Notes under the pieces: model-generated | Told to the model about the DNA's origin: nothing | Databases searched by the model: none | What the model saw: only the letters and a program-made list of their open reading frames with translations | Program-made: the position numbers and the translations under genes | Part shown: positions 8,894 to 16,845 of the stretch, piece after piece | Numbering within the stretch: the stretch's first letter is position 1 | Layout of the letters: every line of letters begins with the position of its first letter | From: Candidatus Heimdallarchaeota archaeon | GTDB lineage: Archaea; Asgardarchaeota; Heimdallarchaeia; Heimdallarchaeales; Heimdallarchaeaceae | Assembly (NCBI GenBank): GCA_016840095.1 | Contig: JAEOSZ010000078.1 | Coordinates: forward strand, 1-25,061 | Length of the DNA stretch: 25,061 nt | Direction: 5' to 3'

Positions 8894-8901
8894 CTAAAGA
8901 A

Positions 8902-9234
8902 ATGAGTGAAGTAAGGAATATAGGTGTTCCAGGAGTGGAAGCACCTTCCACAGAATGTGAAGATCCACGTTGTCCATTTCATGGAAAACTTCCCGTTAGA
9001 GGAAGGATATTCACAGGAAAAGTGGTTTCTGATAAAATGCGACGAACAGTCGTTATTAGGAGAGATTATCTTCAGTATGTGAAAAAATACAGAAGGTATG
9101 AACGTGCTCATGGAAAGATTTCTGCCCACAACCCTCCTTGTTTGAATGTTAAAGAAGGGGATATGGTTTTAGCAGCAGAATGCCGACCACTCGCAAAAAC
9201 TGTGAGTTTTGTAGTGATACAGAAATTAAACTAA
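8902..9234 (+). CDS. rps17: 30S ribosomal protein uS17
   Basis: CEDPRCPFHG, KYRRYE, AHNPPC, ECRPLAKT; start ATG 8902 after GAGGTGA (track gives 8866). Confidence 0.97.
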   Translation: MSEVRNIGVPGVEAPSTECEDPRCPFHGKLPVRGRIFTGKVVSDKMRRTVVIRRDYLQYVKKYRRYERAHGKISAHNPPCLNVKEGDMVLAAECRPLAKTVSFVVIQKLN

Positions 9235-9243
9235 GGTGATAAA

Positions 9244-9660
9244 ATGGCAAAAAGAAAGACAGTCGGAAGAACTCAAGTTCATATCACTAAAGGATTGATG
9301 GTTGGTTCCAGATTAAGATGCACAGATAATTCTGGTGCAAGAATTGTGCAAATAATTGCAGTAAAACATTACAAAGGAAGATTGAATAGGATTCCAAAAG
9401 CTTCGGTTGCTGATATGGTAATAGTATCAGTGAAGCAAGGAACACCTCAAAGAAGAAAACAAATCTTTTCTGCTGTAGTTGTGAGACAAAAATCACCTTA
9501 TCGTAGAAGATCTGGAGATTGGATACAATTTGAAGAGAATGCTGTGGTTCTTACTAATGAAGTAGGAGATCCCATTGGAAGTGAAATTAGAGGTCCTGTT
9601 GCTAAGGAAGCTGCAGAGAAATGGCCTAGAATTGCTCATCAAGCTTCCATTATTGTATAG
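9244..9660 (+). CDS. rpl14: 50S ribosomal protein uL14
   Basis: CTDNSGAR, AVVVRQK, FEENAVV, IRGPVAKEAA. Confidence 0.97.
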   Translation: MAKRKTVGRTQVHITKGLMVGSRLRCTDNSGARIVQIIAVKHYKGRLNRIPKASVADMVIVSVKQGTPQRRKQIFSAVVVRQKSPYRRRSGDWIQFEENAVVLTNEVGDPIGSEIRGPVAKEAAEKWPRIAHQASIIV

Positions 9661-9669
9661 GTGATTTAA

Positions 9670-10254
9670 ATGAAACAAACAAAATCAAAACAACCCCGAA
9701 AGCAGAGGAAGAGTCATTTTCAAGCAGAATATCACATTCGAAATCGTAAAATGACCGCTCCATTATCTGATGCATTGAGAGAAAGATATGGCATTCGTCG
9801 TCTTCCTATACACGCTAATGATAAAGTAATTGTTTTCCAGAACAGATCACAAGATGAAGAAGTTAAAGGAAAAGTTATCAGAGTTTTACCACAAAGATAT
9901 GCAATTCATATTGAAGGGCACAGTAAAGAAAAAGCAGATGGTACAATTGTAAGTTTTCCAGTCCATCCTAGCAATGTTGTGATAACTTCTCTAAATTTGA
10001 GAGATAAAAAGAGACGAGCTATGATTCAGCGAAGATCTGTAAAAGATATAACAGAAGAAGAATTAGCTGAGGATATCTTTGATGAAGATGAAGAATTAGT
10101 AGAAGAAGTAGAAGATTTGGATATGCTAGATGATGAAGATATCCTCGACGAGGAATTCGAAGATATCGAAATGGATGAACTAGACGTATTAGAAGAATTA
10201 GCTGAAGGAGAAGAAGAAACTCCTGAGACTGAAAAAGAGGAGGAATCAGAATGA
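9670..10254 (+). CDS. rpl24: 50S ribosomal protein uL24 with ~69-aa acidic tail
   Basis: SKQPRKQRK, APLSDALRERYG, HPSNVVIT. Confidence 0.96.
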   Translation: MKQTKSKQPRKQRKSHFQAEYHIRNRKMTAPLSDALRERYGIRRLPIHANDKVIVFQNRSQDEEVKGKVIRVLPQRYAIHIEGHSKEKADGTIVSFPVHPSNVVITSLNLRDKKRRAMIQRRSVKDITEEELAEDIFDEDEELVEEVEDLDMLDDEDILDEEFEDIEMDELDVLEELAEGEEETPETEKEEESE

Positions 10255-10997
10255 CCAAAGGCGGCGGAAAAAGACATCTGAAGAGATATGTAGTATCAAA
10301 ACACGTACCTATCAGTAAGAAAACAGCAAAATACTCTGTTAGACCTTCCCCAGGTCCACATGCAGCTTATGATTGTATTCCTGTAGCAATTCTACTAAGA
10401 GATATGTTCCACTTTGCACGAAATATGAGTGAAGTTAAGCGTATTATCTATGAAAGAAATGTTGTAATTGATGGAAGAATTAAAACAAACAGAAAATATC
10501 CTCTTGGATTTATGGATGTTTTATCTTTACCTAAAATGCAACAACACTACAGGATGATTTACACAGTTAAGAAAGGACTAAGGGCTATCCCGATAGATGA
10601 AAAAGAAACAACTGAAAAGCTTTGCCAAATAAAGGACAAAACTACTATCAAAGATGGTTTAATACAATTGAACTTACATGATGGAAGGAACATAGTACTT
10701 AGTAAAGAAGAAACTGCTAATTCAACTTATTCTACACATGATACCGTAAAAATTTCTCTACCAGAGCAGAAAATTATGGAAAAATTTGAGCTCAAAGTAG
10801 GAAACTATGGTTTTGTTACTAGTGGAAGATGGATGGGTATGCATGGTTCTATTGAAGAAATCAGTGCTCATGGTACCAAGAAAACTAGAACAGTTACACT
10901 TAGTACTCCTGATGGTGAAAGAATAGTTACACTTTACAGATATATTTTTGTTGTAGGAGATAAGTCCCCAAGTGTGACAATTGAAGGTAAGAAGTAG
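10251..10997 (+). CDS. rps4e: 30S ribosomal protein eS4
   Basis: RHLKR, PSPGPH, YPLGFMDV, QLNLHDGRN, YIFVVG. Confidence 0.97.
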   Translation: MTKGGGKRHLKRYVVSKHVPISKKTAKYSVRPSPGPHAAYDCIPVAILLRDMFHFARNMSEVKRIIYERNVVIDGRIKTNRKYPLGFMDVLSLPKMQQHYRMIYTVKKGLRAIPIDEKETTEKLCQIKDKTTIKDGLIQLNLHDGRNIVLSKEETANSTYSTHDTVKISLPEQKIMEKFELKVGNYGFVTSGRWMGMHGSIEEISAHGTKKTRTVTLSTPDGERIVTLYRYIFVVGDKSPSVTIEGKK

Positions 10998-11007
10998 GTG
11001 ATAATCG

Positions 11008-11574
11008 ATGACAGAAGAAGTAATTGAACAAACACAATTTGAACCTAAGTTTGCTGAAGAGTGGAAGAAGAATCCCATGAAGAAACCCATACTTAAAGCT
11101 CTTATCATCAACACATGTGTCGGAGAATCAGGACCAAGATATGAACGTTCAAAGGAAATTCTAAGGCAAATAACAAATCGAGAACCTGTTGATAGACCTG
11201 CAAAAGAATCTATTAGAGGATTTAACATCAGAAAAGGAGAATCAATAGCTTCTGTTGTAACTCTAAGAGGAGAAGAAGCTGGTAATGCCTTGAAACGGTT
11301 TTTGTATGCTTATGATTACGAAATCAAGGCTTCATCATTTGATGGACAAGGTAATTTCGCCTTTGGTATAACTGAACATGTTGATATTGAAGACGCACCT
11401 TTTGATCCTATGTTAGGAACTATTGGTTTTAATGTAGTTGTTAAAATTGAAAGGGCTGGATATAGAATCAAATATCGCCAAAGAAAAAGACAAAGTGTTC
11501 CAAGAAAGCATTTGTTAACTCCTGAAGAATCTATGGAGTTTCTTGTGACAGAATTTGGAATGAAAATAATCTAG
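11008..11574 (+). CDS. rpl5: 50S ribosomal protein uL5
   Basis: NPM, VGESG, FNIRKGE, VTLRG, FDGQGNFAFGITEH. Confidence 0.97.
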   Translation: MTEEVIEQTQFEPKFAEEWKKNPMKKPILKALIINTCVGESGPRYERSKEILRQITNREPVDRPAKESIRGFNIRKGESIASVVTLRGEEAGNALKRFLYAYDYEIKASSFDGQGNFAFGITEHVDIEDAPFDPMLGTIGFNVVVKIERAGYRIKYRQRKRQSVPRKHLLTPEESMEFLVTEFGMKII

Positions 11575-11584
11575 GTGACGGAAA

Positions 11585-11752
11585 ATGCAAGAAAAAAGAG
11601 TAATAAAATATGGTAAAGGCTCAAGGCAATGCAGACGTTGTGGTACTCATCAAGCTGTGATTAGACGAGGAGGACTATATGTTTGTAGACGCTGCATTAG
11701 GGAAATTTACGACAAAATCGGTTTCAAGAAAACTGGTGGCAGAGGAGGATAA
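11585..11752 (+). CDS. rps14: 30S ribosomal protein uS14 (Zn-binding type; absent from the ORF track)
   Basis: Hand translation MQEKRVIKYGKGSRQCRRCGTHQAVIRRGGLYVCRRCIREIYDKIGFKKTGGRGG*; AGGTGA SD; lies between uL5 and uS8. Confidence 0.96.
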   Translation: MQEKRVIKYGKGSRQCRRCGTHQAVIRRGGLYVCRRCIREIYDKIGFKKTGGRGG

Positions 11753-11764
11753 GGAGGTAATACT

Positions 11765-12154
11765 ATGCAAATGGATACACTAGCAGATGCCTTAATAGCA
11801 ATTCTGAATGCGGAAAAAACTGGAAAGAAAACCGTCACTGTTAAACCGGCAAGTAAGATTATAGCAAATGTTTTACGAACAGTTCAAAGAGCTGGCTACC
11901 TAGGAGAACTCGAATACATCGAGAACAACAGAGGTGGTATGTTTGATATCCAGCTTCTAGGACGTATTAACAAGTGTGGAGTTATTAAACCACGTTTTCC
12001 TGTTCAGAAAGATGAGTTTGAAGACGAAGAAAGAAAATATTTACCTGCTCGAGGATTTGGAGTACTTGTAGTTACTACACCAGAAGGTGTTATGACTCAT
12101 GAAGATGCCAAAGAAAAGAACATTGGTGGTCGTTTATTGGCTTACATATATTAG
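11765..12154 (+). CDS. rps8: 30S ribosomal protein uS8
   Basis: DTLADAL, LLGRINKCGVIKPRF, YLPARGFG, GGRLLAYIY. Confidence 0.97.
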   Translation: MQMDTLADALIAILNAEKTGKKTVTVKPASKIIANVLRTVQRAGYLGELEYIENNRGGMFDIQLLGRINKCGVIKPRFPVQKDEFEDEERKYLPARGFGVLVVTTPEGVMTHEDAKEKNIGGRLLAYIY

Positions 12155-12163
12155 GTGATTAAA

Positions 12164-12715
12164 TTGAAACAGCTATATCTTGAAAGAACAATTGATTTAC
12201 CCGAAGATTTGAAAGTAACCGTAAAAGACAGAACAGTAACTGTAGAAGGTCCTAAAGGTACACTATCAAGGAATTTCGAACCTACAGATGTTGAAATCAA
12301 GAAGAAAGGTAAAAAAATTGATATTAAAGCTTATTACATCAATAAAAAACGAAAAGCTGCAACTCTTGCTGTTGTTGGGCACATCAACAACATGATTCAA
12401 GGAGTTTTACAAGGTTACACTTACAAATCAAAAATCATCTTTAGCCACTTTCCTATAACTGTGGAACCAGATAATAAAAAGAAAATTGTGACAATTAAAA
12501 ATCTCTATGGTGGTAGAAAACATATAATTGTTCCAATTGTTGGTTCAGAAACTACTGTGAAAGTAGACAAAGACGATGTCATAATTGAAGGCATTGATAA
12601 ACAAGCAGTAGGACAAACAACAACTAATATGCAAGAGGCTTGTAGGTTAAGAGGTAAAAGGAAGAAAGATCCTGAAACCTTTATGGATGGCGTTTGGTTG
12701 TGGGATAAGCAATAA
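12164..12715 (+). CDS. rpl6: 50S ribosomal protein uL6
   Basis: VEGPKGTL, HINNMIQGV, SHFPI, KDPETFMDGV; TTG start after AGGTGA. Confidence 0.96.
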   Translation: MKQLYLERTIDLPEDLKVTVKDRTVTVEGPKGTLSRNFEPTDVEIKKKGKKIDIKAYYINKKRKAATLAVVGHINNMIQGVLQGYTYKSKIIFSHFPITVEPDNKKKIVTIKNLYGGRKHIIVPIVGSETTVKVDKDDVIIEGIDKQAVGQTTTNMQEACRLRGKRKKDPETFMDGVWLWDKQ

Positions 12716-12760
12716 TTTCATTTCTTCTTTTTTATTTTTATTTTATTTTGTTGTATTTTT
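12716..12760 (+). terminator. oligo-T terminator after rpl6
   Basis: Long T-rich tract directly after the stop codon. Confidence 0.65.
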
Positions 12761-12775
12761 AAATTTCTTAACGAT

Positions 12776-12790
12776 AAAAAGTATTAAAAA
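12776..12790 (+). promoter_or_regulatory. internal BRE/TATA promoter for rpl32e-rpl15
   Basis: AAAAAGTATTAAAAA, near-identical to the rps17 promoter. Confidence 0.7.
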
Positions 12791-12842
12791 CACCAGCAAG
12801 TAGGTAGCATAATTACAAGGTAACATTCTACCGTGAGTGCCT

Positions 12843-13370
12843 ATGACAGTCAATAAAAAGAGATTGTTGGAAAAACGCAAGGAAATCAGTGCCCGTAGAC
12901 CTAAGTTTGTACGTCAAGAAAGTTGGCGATACAAAAGATTAGGTAAAAGCTGGAGAAAGCCTAAGGGTATTGATAACAAAATGAAAGAAAAACGTAAAGG
13001 CGTTCCTGCAATGGCAAGCGTTGGTTATAGAGGACCAAAAGCTGTCAGAGGTCTACATCCTTCGGGTTATCAGGTAGTTCATGTTGCAAATATCTACGAG
13101 CTTGATGCAGTAGATAAAGAGACTGAAGCAGTTATGATTAAACATACTGTTGGGTCTCGTAAACGGCAAACAATTCTTGACACAGCAGCAGATTTGGGTT
13201 TGAAAGTACTTAATCCACCCGCTCGAATTGAAGAGTTTGGTGAGGTACTAGAAGATACCCTGCTTGAGGAAGAATACGAACTATTGGATGAAGATTTCGA
13301 GTTGGATGAAGATTTCGAGTTGGACGAAGACGTTGAATTAGATGAAGAATCGGAGGATGATTCTTCGTAG
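12843..13370 (+). CDS. rpl32e: 50S ribosomal protein eL32 with ~46-aa acidic tail
   Basis: RPKFVRQESWRYKRL, WRKPKGIDNK, RGLHPSG, KVLNP. Confidence 0.96.
   Translation: MTVNKKRLLEKRKEISARRPKFVRQESWRYKRLGKSWRKPKGIDNKMKEKRKGVPAMASVGYRGPKAVRGLHPSGYQVVHVANIYELDAVDKETEAVMIKHTVGSRKRQTILDTAADLGLKVLNPPARIEEFGEVLEDTLLEEEYELLDEDFELDEDFELDEDVELDEESEDDSS
13284..13349 (+). repeat. 18-bp tandem repeat (LDEDFE-type, ~3.7 copies) in the eL32 tail
   Basis: TTGGATGAAGATTTCGAG twice perfectly, then two degenerate copies. Confidence 0.9.
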
Positions 13371-13396
13371 AACAAAACTAACGTGAGGTTAAGTTT

Positions 13397-13861
13397 ATGG
13401 ACGTAAAAACTCAAAGAAAAATAGCTGCTAAAGTATTAAAGGTCGGTGTTAACAGAGTTAAAATCGATCCTGAAAGTCTTCAAGATGTTGCTTTAGCGAT
13501 TACTAGAGAAGATATCAGACGTCATATAGATGACGGTGATATCAGGAAACGAAGGGTTAAAGGAGTTAGTAGAGGAAGAGCTCGAGCAGTTGCGGCTAAG
13601 AAGAAGAAGGGTCAAAGAATAGGTCCTGGGAGTCGTAAAGGACCAAAGTATTCCCGTCTTCCAAGTAAGGATAGATGGATAGCTAAAATTAGAGCTCAAC
13701 GAAAATATCTGAAAACCCTTAGAGATGAAGGATATATTGATACTTTAAATTACAGGAAGTTATATCTCCAAGCTAAAGGTGGCCTTTTCCGTTCTGTACG
13801 CTATCTTAGAAACTATATTGCTGAACATGGTTTAGCAAAGAAACGTCTACCTGAATTATAA
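13397..13861 (+). CDS. rpl19e: 50S ribosomal protein eL19
   Basis: QRKIAAKVLKVG, AITREDIR, GPGSRKG, YLQAKGG. Confidence 0.97.
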   Translation: MDVKTQRKIAAKVLKVGVNRVKIDPESLQDVALAITREDIRRHIDDGDIRKRRVKGVSRGRARAVAAKKKKGQRIGPGSRKGPKYSRLPSKDRWIAKIRAQRKYLKTLRDEGYIDTLNYRKLYLQAKGGLFRSVRYLRNYIAEHGLAKKRLPEL

Positions 13862-13874
13862 TAAGGTGATAGCA

Positions 13875-14516
13875 ATGTCAAGAAGAAGAAAAAAAGGTTT
13901 TAAAAAGAAAAGACGGTTACAGCCAAAACGTCAAAGGTATGGACCACTATACAGAGTTCCATTTAGAAGACGTCGAGAAATGAAAACAGACTATGGACAA
14001 AGAAAAAGACTCCTAAAATCTGGAAAAATTCGATTTGTAGCTAGACCTTCAAACAAACAAGTTTTGGTTCAATTTGTAGAATCAAAAATTGGTGGAGATC
14101 AAACTTTCGTACAAGTAAGATCAAATGAATTGAAGAAACATGGATGGGATGTTTCTACTTCAAATCTACCTGCCGCATATCTAACTGGCTATTTAGCCGG
14201 CAAGAAGGCTTTAAAGTCAAAGATTAAAGAAGCTATCTTGGACGTAGGTACATTTGCTGTTAATCCTGGAACAAGAATGTTTGCTACCCTTAAAGGAGTA
14301 GTTGATGCAGGAGTAGAAATTCCATTTAATGATAAAATGATACCTTCTGAAGAACGAATCAGAGGAGAACACATCAAATCTTATGCCAAATTATTAGCAA
14401 AAGAAGATAAAGAGAAATACAATAAAGTATTTTCTAAATATCTTGAAGTTAATAAGAAACCTGAAAATTTACCCACTCTATTCAATGAGGTAAAAGCTAA
14501 GATTGATACAATTTAA
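13875..14516 (+). CDS. rpl18: 50S ribosomal protein uL18 with basic N-terminal extension
   Basis: [38 protein letters not shown]. Confidence 0.96.
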   Translation: MSRRRKKGFKKKRRLQPKRQRYGPLYRVPFRRRREMKTDYGQRKRLLKSGKIRFVARPSNKQVLVQFVESKIGGDQTFVQVRSNELKKHGWDVSTSNLPAAYLTGYLAGKKALKSKIKEAILDVGTFAVNPGTRMFATLKGVVDAGVEIPFNDKMIPSEERIRGEHIKSYAKLLAKEDKEKYNKVFSKYLEVNKKPENLPTLFNEVKAKIDTI

Positions 14517-14529
14517 TGAGGTAGAAAAA

Positions 14530-15168
14530 ATGAGTAGAGATATGTATTTAGATTTAGATGATTGGCAACCTCGAACAAGAGTTGGAAGACTTGTAAAAGA
14601 AGGTAGAATATCAAGCATCGATGAAATATTTCAACAAGGATTACCTCTAGTAGAGCCTGAAATTATCGATATGTTGTTTGGTGACACACTTGAGGATGAT
14701 GTTGTTGATATTAGTCTCGTTCAGAGACAAACAGATGCTGGTAGAAAACGTAAATTCCGAGCAACTGTTGTTGTAGGAAATAAAAACGGTTACGTTGGCG
14801 TTGGAGAAGCAAAGCTAAAAGAGATTGGACCTGCTATCAAAAAAGCAATGATCAATGCAAAATTAAACATCAGACCTGTAAGAAGAGGTTGTGGATCTTG
14901 GGAATGTTCTTGTGGAACCCCACACACAGTGCCTTTCAAGGTTTCTGGAAAAGTTGGGTCAACAGAAGTTATTCTCTATCCTGCACCTAGAGGTTTAGGC
15001 TTAGTAGTTGGAAACACAGCTAAAACAGTTCTAGAACTAGCCGGAATTTCAGATGTCTGGAGTAAAACTTTTGGTGAAACTCGTACTACTTCAAATTTTG
15101 CAAAATCAACTTTTGAGGCATTAAAGAACAGTTACTCCATTATGGCTCCATACGATTGGACAAGGTAG
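14530..15168 (+). CDS. rps5: 30S ribosomal protein uS5
   Basis: [35 protein letters not shown]; GAGGT SD before ATG 14530. Confidence 0.97.
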   Translation: MSRDMYLDLDDWQPRTRVGRLVKEGRISSIDEIFQQGLPLVEPEIIDMLFGDTLEDDVVDISLVQRQTDAGRKRKFRATVVVGNKNGYVGVGEAKLKEIGPAIKKAMINAKLNIRPVRRGCGSWECSCGTPHTVPFKVSGKVGSTEVILYPAPRGLGLVVGNTAKTVLELAGISDVWSKTFGETRTTSNFAKSTFEALKNSYSIMAPYDWTR

Positions 15169-15181
15169 GACAGTGATAGAA

Positions 15182-15670
15182 ATGAGTCAAGCAAAAGATA
15201 AACCTGAATTGTTGGCAGTTATCAGATTGAGAGGAACCGTCAATGTTCATTATAAAGTTAAAGAAACTTTGAAGATGTTAAATGTTAGAAGAAGCAATTA
15301 CATGACTCTTGTACCTAACACTTCTTCTTATATGGGTATGCTCAAAAAAGCTAAAGATTACCTAACTTGGGGAGAAGTTAGTCAAGAGGCTTTAGAGTAT
15401 GTTCTTACCAAAAGAGGAGAAATTGCTGGAAGAAACAAGATTTCTAACAAATACTTGAAAGAAAATACTTCATATACAACAATTAAATCACTTTCCAAAG
15501 CATTAATCAATGGAGAAACTAGCTTAAATGAAATTACTGGAGTAAAGAAGTTTTTCAGGCTTCATCCAGCATCAAAAGGATACAAGTCTATGAAACGAGG
15601 TTTCGCTGAAGGTGGAGATCTTGGATATAGAGGAGAAGCAATCAACGAATTAATTGTAAGGATGGCATGA
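15182..15670 (+). CDS. rpl30: 50S ribosomal protein uL30
   Basis: AVIRLRG, KDYLTWGE, FRLHP, LGYRGEAINELIVRM. Confidence 0.96.
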   Translation: MSQAKDKPELLAVIRLRGTVNVHYKVKETLKMLNVRRSNYMTLVPNTSSYMGMLKKAKDYLTWGEVSQEALEYVLTKRGEIAGRNKISNKYLKENTSYTTIKSLSKALINGETSLNEITGVKKFFRLHPASKGYKSMKRGFAEGGDLGYRGEAINELIVRMA

Positions 15671-15675
15671 TAAAA

Positions 15676-16119
15676 ATGACAGTAAGAAGAAGAAAGAAGA
15701 CAAGAAGAGAACGTGGGTACCGAACTCATGGTTGGGGAATCGTTAGAACCCATAGAGGGAGTGGTATGCGCGGTGGAGTTGGAAAAGCTGCTCCTATGTC
15801 ACATCATTGGATTCAAACAGTTAAGGGACTTCGTCCACCTGTTGGAAAAAGAGGTTTTGTTAGACCCCCTGCTGTAACCAAAAAAACAACTCAAATTAAC
15901 ATTTCTCATCTTGAAGCTATGATGCCCTCATTGTTAAATGAAGGTTTAGCACTAAAGAAAGGAGAAAAATTTGAAGTCAAACTGGATGAACTTGGTTATA
16001 CAAAATTACTTGCTCAAGGAAGTATAAGTCTCCCAATAAATATAACTATCAATGAAGCTTCTGAAAAAGCCATTGAAAAAGTCAAAAAAGCTGGTGGAAA
16101 AGTTAAGCTATTAGAATAG
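15676..16119 (+). CDS. rpl15: 50S ribosomal protein uL15
   Basis: RTHGWG, HRGSGMRGGVG, GKRGF, AIEKVKKAGG; start 15676 or 15667. Confidence 0.96.
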   Translation: MTVRRRKKTRRERGYRTHGWGIVRTHRGSGMRGGVGKAAPMSHHWIQTVKGLRPPVGKRGFVRPPAVTKKTTQINISHLEAMMPSLLNEGLALKKGEKFEVKLDELGYTKLLAQGSISLPINITINEASEKAIEKVKKAGGKVKLLE

Positions 16120-16122
16120 AGA

Positions 16123-16154
16123 TTTTTTTCTATTTCTTATTTTTTTATTATTTT
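16123..16154 (+). terminator. oligo-T terminator after rpl15
   Basis: T7 and T7 runs within a T-rich tract immediately after the stop. Confidence 0.65.
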
Positions 16155-16213
16155 GTGAATTCGTATATATCCGAAAACCTTTTGTTTAAGATAATTAATC
16201 TGGGTTGAACAGC

Positions 16214-16837
16214 ATGAAAGTTTTTATTCTGGTTGGTTTGCAGTTAAGCGGAAAATCATCCCATGGGCATAGATTAAGAGAAGAAGAAAAGATACCCATG
16301 GTTGAAACGGGTCATGCAGTTTATCATGAGTTAAAAAGACAAAAACTAGAGGTAAATCATAAGAATACCTCGAAAGTGATAATTGAGCTTCTTTCAAGAG
16401 ATCCTATAGCTTTTACTCAAGCCATTCTAGAGTTTGAGAAAGAAAAGTATGAAAACTCTTCAATACTGATTCTAAATGGAGTTAAATCACCTGCAGAAAT
16501 AAAATACGCGAAAGAAATGTTTGGTAAGGACAATGTATATGTTTTAGGTTTTCATGCAGGGCAAATAACTAGATTTAATAGAGTCACCAATCCCGATCGT
16601 TTTGCAGTTTCAGGAAGATATCTTGAAAAAACACAAGAAGATCAAGATTTAGCAAAGTGGGAGAATTTCAAAAGCAGAGATATCCGTGAAATAGGTTTAG
16701 GAATAGGAAATGCCATAGCCACAGCCAATAGCATTATAGTTACAGAAGATAACGATTGGCCATTTTATTCTTTTGAAGTTTCATACGAAAACTTCAAACA
16801 ATATATTCTTACAAAGTCTGATTCATACGAAAACTGA
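16214..16837 (+). CDS. UPF0200 / dephospho-CoA-kinase-like P-loop protein
   Basis: Walker A GLQLSGKS; NGVKSPAE; TRFNR; FKSRDIREIGLGIGNAIATAN resembles the archaeal UPF0200 C-terminal motif. Confidence 0.7.
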   Translation: MKVFILVGLQLSGKSSHGHRLREEEKIPMVETGHAVYHELKRQKLEVNHKNTSKVIIELLSRDPIAFTQAILEFEKEKYENSSILILNGVKSPAEIKYAKEMFGKDNVYVLGFHAGQITRFNRVTNPDRFAVSGRYLEKTQEDQDLAKWENFKSRDIREIGLGIGNAIATANSIIVTEDNDWPFYSFEVSYENFKQYILTKSDSYEN

Positions 16838-16845
16838 AAAAAGTA

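Noticed and set aside
13375-13396. Small hairpin over the rpl19e SD (AAACT-AAC/GTT-A-AGTTT)
   Set aside because: Weak AT-rich stem, adequately explained by chance or ordinary translational coupling to rpl32e.
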